From the NCBI GenBank assembly GCA_039806065.1, contig JBDKJS010000213.1, positions 1 through 44,607 of the forward strand: a DNA stretch of 44,607 nt, given 5' to 3'. Source of the DNA: Bacteroidota bacterium (GTDB lineage: Bacteria; Bacteroidota; Bacteroidia; AKYH767-A; 2013-40CM-41-45). Below the pieces are notes generated by a model, which saw nothing but the letters and a program-made list of their open reading frames with translations, was not told the DNA's origin and searched no databases. Position 1 is the stretch's first letter; every line of letters starts with the position of its first letter. Below are positions 38,422-44,607 of this stretch, one piece after another. The position numbers were made by a program, and so were the translations under genes.

Positions 38422-38811
38422 TTATTTGGTGGCGGTAGCGGTTACCACATCGGTACTTACTCCATCTTTGACAGTGTAGTCAAAAGTTATTTTTCCACCG
38501 CTGTACACTCCGGTGCCGCTGATGGTGTCGCCACTGACGATTTCGTAATAGCTGATGTTGTTACCGCTGGTTTCGCCTCTAACGGTGGTATTGGTGCCTT
38601 GTTTGTCGAAATTTTTTAAGAGTACTCCTGCAGCGGTGCTATTGCTGGTACTTATGGTGAGGCTCCAGGCAAGGGTGCCGCTTTGGGTGCCGGTACTGCT
38701 TACATTCCATGTGCCGATGAATTTGTCACGATCGTCAATGGCGGGGTCTTCAGTACTATCGCAGGCTATAAGAAGTGAGGCTAGAAATGCGAAGGCGATT
38801 ATTCGTTTCAT
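38422..38811 (-). CDS. Small lipoprotein, lipocalin-like beta fold
   Basis: Lipobox LIA-C with acidic tail DSTEDP, KFIGTW (GxW) motif, beta-strand-rich. Confidence 0.7.
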   Translation of the reverse strand: MKRIIAFAFLASLLIACDSTEDPAIDDRDKFIGTWNVSSTGTQSGTLAWSLTISTSNSTAAGVLLKNFDKQGTNTTVRGETSGNNISYYEIVSGDTISGTGVYSGGKITFDYTVKDGVSTDVVTATATK

Positions 38812-38879
38812 AATTAGTTTAAATTACAAGTATGCAATGATATGTTGGTGATTGCTAGGTTTGTAAAAATGATCTAAAA

Positions 38880-40562
38880 TCATGCCAAGCGATCGCGTAA
38901 ATTTAATCTGTGTTGGCGGGCTGTATCGGCAGCTATATCGTAGCCGGCATCGAGGTGGCGCAATACGCCCATGGCGGGATCATTGTGCAGTACTCGATGG
39001 ATTCGTTCGGCTGCTTGGGTAGTGCCATCGGCAACGATGACCATGCCGGCATGGATGCTATAGCCTATGCCCACCCCACCACCATGATGGAGGCTTACCC
39101 AGGTGGCGCCACCGGCTGTATTGATAAGGCTGTTGAGCACGGGCCAATCGGCAATGGCATCGCTCCCATCTTTCATGGCTTCTGTTTCGCGGTTGGGTGA
39201 GGCTACACTGCCGCAGTCGAGGTGGTCGCGACCGATGACGATGGGGGCTTTTACTTTTCCTGTGCGCACTAGCTCATTAAAAGCTTGACCTGCTTTTTCG
39301 CGTTCGCCCATTCCAAGCCAGCAAATACGAGCCGGTAGGCCTTGGAAGGTTATTCTTTCTTGCGCCATGGTGATCCACCGGTGGAGGGGTTTGTTGTGGG
39401 GGAAGAGGTCCAGTATGACTTTATCGGTTGTGTAAATATCTTCAGGATCGCCACTGAGGGCTGCCCATCTGAAGGGGCCTTTGCCTTCGCAAAAAAGTGG
39501 TCGAATGTAGGCGGGTACAAATCCTGGAAAATCAAATGCATTGGTAACTCCTTTGGCAAAGGCTTGACCGCGGAGGTTATTGCCATAATCAAAGGTAACG
39601 GCTCCTCTTTTTTGGAGAGCTAGCATAAGTTTTACATGATTGCACATGGATTGGGTGCTCAGGTGTGCATAGGTAGTAGGGTCTTGATTGCGAAGGGTGC
39701 GCGCTTCTGCCACGGTGAGCCCTTGAGGAAAATAACCAACTAGCTCATCGTGTGCACTGGTTTGATCTGTAAGCGTATCGGGTGTAATGTTGCGGTCGAT
39801 GAGGCGTTGCAATAAATCAATGGCATTGCACACCACGCCTATGGATCGGGCTTGGCCTTGTGCTTTATAGGCCAGGGCTTGGTCTATGGCTTGGTCTATG
39901 TCATAGGATATTTCATCGATGTATCGGGTTTCTAATCTCTTTTTAATTCGCCATTCTTCCACTTCAGCAGCCAGGCAGGTGCCTTCATTCATGGTGATGG
40001 CCAGTGGTTGTGCACCGCCCATACCGCCCAAACCGGCAGTAACATTGAGGGTGTTTTTTAAACTTCCAGAAAAGTGCTGGCGTGCTACTTCGGCATAGGT
40101 TTCAAAGGTGCCTTGTACAATACCTTGGGATCCAATGTAGATCCAGCTTCCAGCAGTCATTTGGCCATACATGATTAGTCCTTTGTCTTCTAGTTCTCTA
40201 AAGTAATCCCATGTGGCCCATTTGGGTACCAATTGTGAATTGGCAATAATTACTCGTGGAGCATTCTCATGGGTGGGAAGGATGCCTACGGGCTTGCCAC
40301 TTTGTATTAAAAGAGTTTCATCGTTATTTAAATCTTTTAATGCTTTAACTATTAATTCAAAGCTTTCGACATTTCTAGCAGCTTTGCCAGTGCCACCATA
40401 TACGATCAAATCTTGGGGGCGCTCTGCCACATCAGGATCTAGATTGTTATATAGCATACGAAGGGCAGCTTCTTGAAGCCAACCTTTGCATTGAAGGGTG
40501 GTGCCTGTTGGTGTTTTTAGTTGGGAAAGTTCTATTTGTTTGCTAGAGCCGGCTATGTTCAT
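38880..40562 (-). CDS. hutU: Urocanate hydratase
   Basis: [55 protein letters not shown]. Confidence 0.97.
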   Translation of the reverse strand: MNIAGSSKQIELSQLKTPTGTTLQCKGWLQEAALRMLYNNLDPDVAERPQDLIVYGGTGKAARNVESFELIVKALKDLNNDETLLIQSGKPVGILPTHENAPRVIIANSQLVPKWATWDYFRELEDKGLIMYGQMTAGSWIYIGSQGIVQGTFETYAEVARQHFSGSLKNTLNVTAGLGGMGGAQPLAITMNEGTCLAAEVEEWRIKKRLETRYIDEISYDIDQAIDQALAYKAQGQARSIGVVCNAIDLLQRLIDRNITPDTLTDQTSAHDELVGYFPQGLTVAEARTLRNQDPTTYAHLSTQSMCNHVKLMLALQKRGAVTFDYGNNLRGQAFAKGVTNAFDFPGFVPAYIRPLFCEGKGPFRWAALSGDPEDIYTTDKVILDLFPHNKPLHRWITMAQERITFQGLPARICWLGMGEREKAGQAFNELVRTGKVKAPIVIGRDHLDCGSVASPNRETEAMKDGSDAIADWPVLNSLINTAGGATWVSLHHGGGVGIGYSIHAGMVIVADGTTQAAERIHRVLHNDPAMGVLRHLDAGYDIAADTARQHRLNLRDRLA

Positions 40563-40783
40563 AGTGTGCAGTATTTTACAGTTTATAAAGTTGGGTAAAG
40601 TTACAAAAACTATTGGTAATCATTGGAAGGTGGGAGGTGCTTATTAGTTGGCGCCATTTTGTAGTCTTTGGTTCATAAATAATAAATGATGTAGAAAGTT
40701 GGTATTGCAGTCATAATTTGCTTTCAATTACTTTGTGCTCATATTTAGCTGGTTTGTTTAATTGTAATTAATTTTTTTTAGGT

Positions 40784-41380
40784 ATGAGTAAGGTAAACAT
40801 TGCCATTTTTGCTGGTGGTACTGGTAGTAATGCTTTCAGAATTGATGATCATTTTAAAAATCATTCACAAATTCAAATAGCTGCGCTCTATTGCAATGTG
40901 GCAGATGCTCCTGTAGTGAGTGGGATGCAACAGCGGGGTGTACCAGTGGTATTGTTTAACCGGCAACAATTTTATAAGGAAGAGACCATTGCCATTGACC
41001 TTAAAAGGAGGCAGATTGATTTTGTGGTTCTGGCGGGATTCATGTGGTTGATTCCTCTGCAGCTGATTAAATTATATGATGGTAAAATGCTCAATGTTCA
41101 TCCATCGAAATTGCCTGCATTTGGCGGTAAAGGAATGTATGGCATGCACGTGCATGAAGCCGTGATTGCATCAGGTATGAAATCAAGTGGCATTACCATA
41201 CATTATGTGAATGAATATTTTGACGAGGGAAGAATAGTGCATCAAGTGGATGCTCCCGTGCTTTCTGGTGATTCGCCTCAGCAACTTGCCGAACGTATTA
41301 AAGTGTTGGAACACTTTCACTATCCAAAGGTGATAGAGTCTGAGGTGACAAAACACTTTCAGCTAAAGGCCCATTTATAG
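40784..41380 (+). CDS. purN: Phosphoribosylglycinamide formyltransferase
   Basis: GGTGSN, VLAGFM, NVHPSKLP.FGGKGMYG, SGITIHYV.E.FDEG, LEH. Confidence 0.93.
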   Translation: MSKVNIAIFAGGTGSNAFRIDDHFKNHSQIQIAALYCNVADAPVVSGMQQRGVPVVLFNRQQFYKEETIAIDLKRRQIDFVVLAGFMWLIPLQLIKLYDGKMLNVHPSKLPAFGGKGMYGMHVHEAVIASGMKSSGITIHYVNEYFDEGRIVHQVDAPVLSGDSPQQLAERIKVLEHFHYPKVIESEVTKHFQLKAHL

Positions 41381-41476
41381 TCAAGTTTTCTTCTAGTTTT
41401 ATTTAACATTATTTTAGCAATCTTATTCCGCCTAAAGGTAGGATAATAACTAACTTGCGGCCTTAAGTTTTATAAT

Positions 41477-43873
41477 ATGCGATATTTTATTGCCATACTC
41501 TTCAGCAGCGTGGTTTCATTTATGGCAGTAGCCGAAAATTTTACTATAAGTGGGTTTATAAAAGATGCAGGAAATGGGGAATCATTGCTTGGCGCTTCAG
41601 TATATGTACAAGAAACTCAAAAGGGAACAGTGACCAACCAATATGGCTTTTATTCAATTACATTGCCAGAGGGTGATTATACACTCCGGTATCGCTTAAT
41701 AGGCTATGCCGATGTGTTTAAAAAAATAAAATTAGCTAATAGTATTAAAATAGATCTTGAGCTTGGCGCGCAGCAAATCGAAATGAAAGAAATTAGCATT
41801 GCTGCAGAAAGAGCCGATAAAAATGTGAGTGATACCAAAATGGGCACTACCACTCTTGAGGTAGAAAAGATAAAAACACTGCCAGCTTTTTTTGGCGAAG
41901 TGGATGTTCTTAAAACCATTCAATTAATACCTGGGGTGAAATCGTCAGGTGAAGGGAATAGCGGTTACTATGTAAGAGGTGGTGGGCCTGATCAAAATTT
42001 AATTTTATTAGATGAAGCACCAGTATACAATGCAAGTCATCTATTTGGCTTTTTTTCAGTCTTTAATGCTGATGCGCTACAAAATGTTACCCTTACCAAG
42101 GGAGGTATGAATGCTAACTATGGCGGAAGACTGGCATCAGTATTGGACATAGGAATGAAAGAAGGCAATGCTAAAGAATACCATGCTGAGGGTGGTCTGG
42201 GTTTCATTGCCTCGCGTCTTACACTTCAAGGTCCTATTAAAAAAGATACCGCTTCATTTATAGTTTCGGCAAGGCGAACTTTTGTAGATCTTTTCTTGCG
42301 CGAACCCTTTATACCTAAAAATAGTAATGCAATTGGTAATTCTTATTTTTTTTATGACCTTAATGCAAAGGTAAATTATAAAATAAATGATCAGCACCGA
42401 ATTTTTTTAAGTGGATATTTTGGTCGCGATGTTTTTAGATTCAATAGCCCGAATAGTGATTTTGCAGTAAATATTCCTTGGGGAAATGCTACAGTTACGG
42501 CTCGTTGGAATTATGTATTGAACAATAAGACATTCTTAAACACATCAGCAATTTTTACTGATTATAACTTTAGTTTTACCGGAGGCCAAGATGCTTTTGA
42601 ATTTAAATTGTTTAGTGGCATCCGCGACTATGGCTTGAAATCTGATTTGACTTGGCTGCCCAATCAAAACCATACTATCAAAACCGGTGCTTATTATACC
42701 TACCATGTTTTTACCCCCAGCAGTGTATCGGCTCGCAGTGGTGATGTGGTATTTGATCTAGGTGGTATAGTTAAAAATTATGCTCACGATGTGGCGTTGT
42801 ACATTACTGACCAATGTGATATTACCGAAAGGCTAAGCGTGGACTATGGTTTGCGATATACTTTATTTCAACAGGTGGGCCCCTTTACAAGGTATGTTAC
42901 AGAACCAATTCGCGACAATGTGGTGGATACTATTAAATATGCAGCGGGCGATAATGTGAAAACTTATGCAAATGTTGAACCTAGATTAAATCTTAGATTT
43001 TCGCTTAATGACGTTTCTTCTGTTAAAGCTTCGTACACCCAAAATTATCAATACATCCATTTAGCATCTTTATCTGCTGTAACACTGCCTACCGACATTT
43101 GGGTACCCAGTTCTTCTATAGTTAGGCCACAATATGGAGTGCAATATGCCCTAGGGTATTTTCGTAATTTTAAGAATAACATGTATGAATCTTCTGTAGA
43201 AGTCTATTATAAAAAGCTCACTAACCAGGTAGAGTATAAAGATGGTGCATTGCCAGAAAATAATGTGGGCAACAATGCTGATAATCAGTTTACCTTCGGA
43301 AATGGTCAAGCATATGGGGCAGAATTTTTTCTTAAAAAAGCTAAAGGTAAATTTAACGGCTGGTTAGGCTATACACTCTCATGGACAGAACGCACCTTCG
43401 AAAATCTGAATTTCGGAAATACTTTTTATGCAAAATATGATAGAAGACATGATGTAAGCATTGTATTGAGTTATGCCTTGAACACCAGGTGGACCTTTGG
43501 CGCCACTTGGGTATATGCCACTGGCAATGCACTCACATTACCACAAAGTAGATTTTTAATCAACGATGGTTTTTTATTAGGTAATAGTAATGTTTTTCCC
43601 GGTACAATTGCATTTGAATACGGTGCTCGAAATAGTTATCGGCAACCTGCATACCACCGAATGGATGTTTCTGCTACGCTCCAAGGAAAGCCTCATAAAC
43701 ATTGGCAGGGAAGTTGGAATTTTAGCATATTCAATCTTTACAACAGGTATAATCCTTATTTTATTTATTTTGATGATGTAAGTAATTATGCTGCCGGTCA
43801 AATTGCAGTCCAGGCGAAACAAGTGAGCTTGTTTCCAATTTTACCAAGTGTGACTTATAATTTTAAATTTTAA
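41477..43873 (+). CDS. TonB-dependent receptor with N-terminal carboxypeptidase-regulatory-like domain
   Basis: SGFIKD...GESL.GASV, plug motif VRGGGPDQNLILLD, YGGRLASVLDI, C-terminal YNFKF. Confidence 0.92.
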   Translation: MRYFIAILFSSVVSFMAVAENFTISGFIKDAGNGESLLGASVYVQETQKGTVTNQYGFYSITLPEGDYTLRYRLIGYADVFKKIKLANSIKIDLELGAQQIEMKEISIAAERADKNVSDTKMGTTTLEVEKIKTLPAFFGEVDVLKTIQLIPGVKSSGEGNSGYYVRGGGPDQNLILLDEAPVYNASHLFGFFSVFNADALQNVTLTKGGMNANYGGRLASVLDIGMKEGNAKEYHAEGGLGFIASRLTLQGPIKKDTASFIVSARRTFVDLFLREPFIPKNSNAIGNSYFFYDLNAKVNYKINDQHRIFLSGYFGRDVFRFNSPNSDFAVNIPWGNATVTARWNYVLNNKTFLNTSAIFTDYNFSFTGGQDAFEFKLFSGIRDYGLKSDLTWLPNQNHTIKTGAYYTYHVFTPSSVSARSGDVVFDLGGIVKNYAHDVALYITDQCDITERLSVDYGLRYTLFQQVGPFTRYVTEPIRDNVVDTIKYAAGDNVKTYANVEPRLNLRFSLNDVSSVKASYTQNYQYIHLASLSAVTLPTDIWVPSSSIVRPQYGVQYALGYFRNFKNNMYESSVEVYYKKLTNQVEYKDGALPENNVGNNADNQFTFGNGQAYGAEFFLKKAKGKFNGWLGYTLSWTERTFENLNFGNTFYAKYDRRHDVSIVLSYALNTRWTFGATWVYATGNALTLPQSRFLINDGFLLGNSNVFPGTIAFEYGARNSYRQPAYHRMDVSATLQGKPHKHWQGSWNFSIFNLYNRYNPYFIYFDDVSNYAAGQIAVQAKQVSLFPILPSVTYNFKF

Positions 43874-43982
43874 TAAAAGCCATACTTTTTATTCGTTACT
43901 TTATGTTTCAATAAAATGTTTAAGGTAAAATTACCACACCTTAACTTTTAATCTCACAAGTGAAATTATGTTTCTAGGTAAA

Positions 43983-44607
43983 ATGAAAGTCAGAAGTGGA
44001 GGCTTTAGGTATAGCTACAGGATGAGTGGATGTGTTAATCCCATATGGAAAGTTGCTGCCCCTTGTTTATTTCTTCTATTGCTCATGCGCTCCAATGTAA
44101 ACAATGCTCAGCCTTTTATCACCAACCTTCCTGGCGATAGCATTTATACCGATACGATCATTGCCCGTATAGATATTACCATTCATCCAGATTCACTTAT
44201 CAATATTTTAAATAACCCTTCGCAGGATATAGAACACACGGCAACCTTTAAGTTTTCGAGTTCGCTAATTAATGATAGTTTACCGCTTGTAGGGTTTAGC
44301 CTTAGAGGAAACACCTCGCGATATGCTGAAAAAAAATCTTTTAAGGTTTCATTCAACAGTTATTTGCCCAGCAAAAAATTTTTTAGCCTGGAAAAAATGA
44401 ATTTGAATGGTGAACATAACGATCCAACAGTACAACGAGCCAATACCTATTGGCGTATTTTAGAAACAATGGGTGTGCCAGGACCTAGAGCCAGTCACGT
44501 ACTATTGTATATTAATCAACTTTATTATGGTGTTTATCTAAATGTTGAACATGTTGACGAAAATTTTATTGCTAAAAGATTTCGATATAAGAATGGAAAT
44601 TTATACA
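43983..44607 (+). CDS. CotH-family protein kinase (3'-truncated; absent from the ORF track)
   Basis: Open frame to the window end: LRGNTSR...KKSFKVSF...LNGEHNDP...YYGVYLNVEHVDENF. Alternative in-frame ATGs at 43968 and 44022. Confidence 0.85.
   Translation, partial: MKVRSGGFRYSYRMSGCVNPIWKVAAPCLFLLLLMRSNVNNAQPFITNLPGDSIYTDTIIARIDITIHPDSLINILNNPSQDIEHTATFKFSSSLINDSLPLVGFSLRGNTSRYAEKKSFKVSFNSYLPSKKFFSLEKMNLNGEHNDPTVQRANTYWRILETMGVPGPRASHVLLYINQLYYGVYLNVEHVDENFIAKRFRYKNGNLY

Overview
AT-rich chromosomal window from a Bacteroidota bacterium, judged from the type IX secretion/gliding genes porU, porV, a porP-family gene and gldJ, TAnnTTTG promoters, and several T9SS C-terminal-domain cargo proteins. 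The housekeeping backbone comprises a split SUF tail (sufS ... sufE, SufT/DUF59, DUF2480), glnS, lysA, lutB, pdhC-pdhA, cdd, ispF, porV-porU, porP-like, gldJ, hutU, purN, a TonB-dependent receptor and a truncated CotH kinase missed by the ORF track. Two accessory blocks stand out. (1) 14.5-21.8 kb lies between cdd and ispF on the opposite strand. It encodes a 7TM histidine kinase translationally coupled to a paralogous pseudokinase, then a tight five-gene operon (surface lipoprotein, 26-aa-repeat periplasmic protein, VTC polyphosphate-polymerase domain, DUF4956 membrane protein, DUF2490-like outer-membrane barrel) that looks like an envelope-spanning polyphosphate synthesis/export system. (2) 30.6-38.3 kb encodes a 1900-aa multidomain T9SS protein and a 490-aa propeller-type T9SS protein, bracketed by two related GC-rich hairpin elements in inverted orientation, with mirror-image G/C skew in the flanks. 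No rRNA, tRNA, CRISPR array, transposase or integrase was recognised. Family names come from motif recognition, not database searches.
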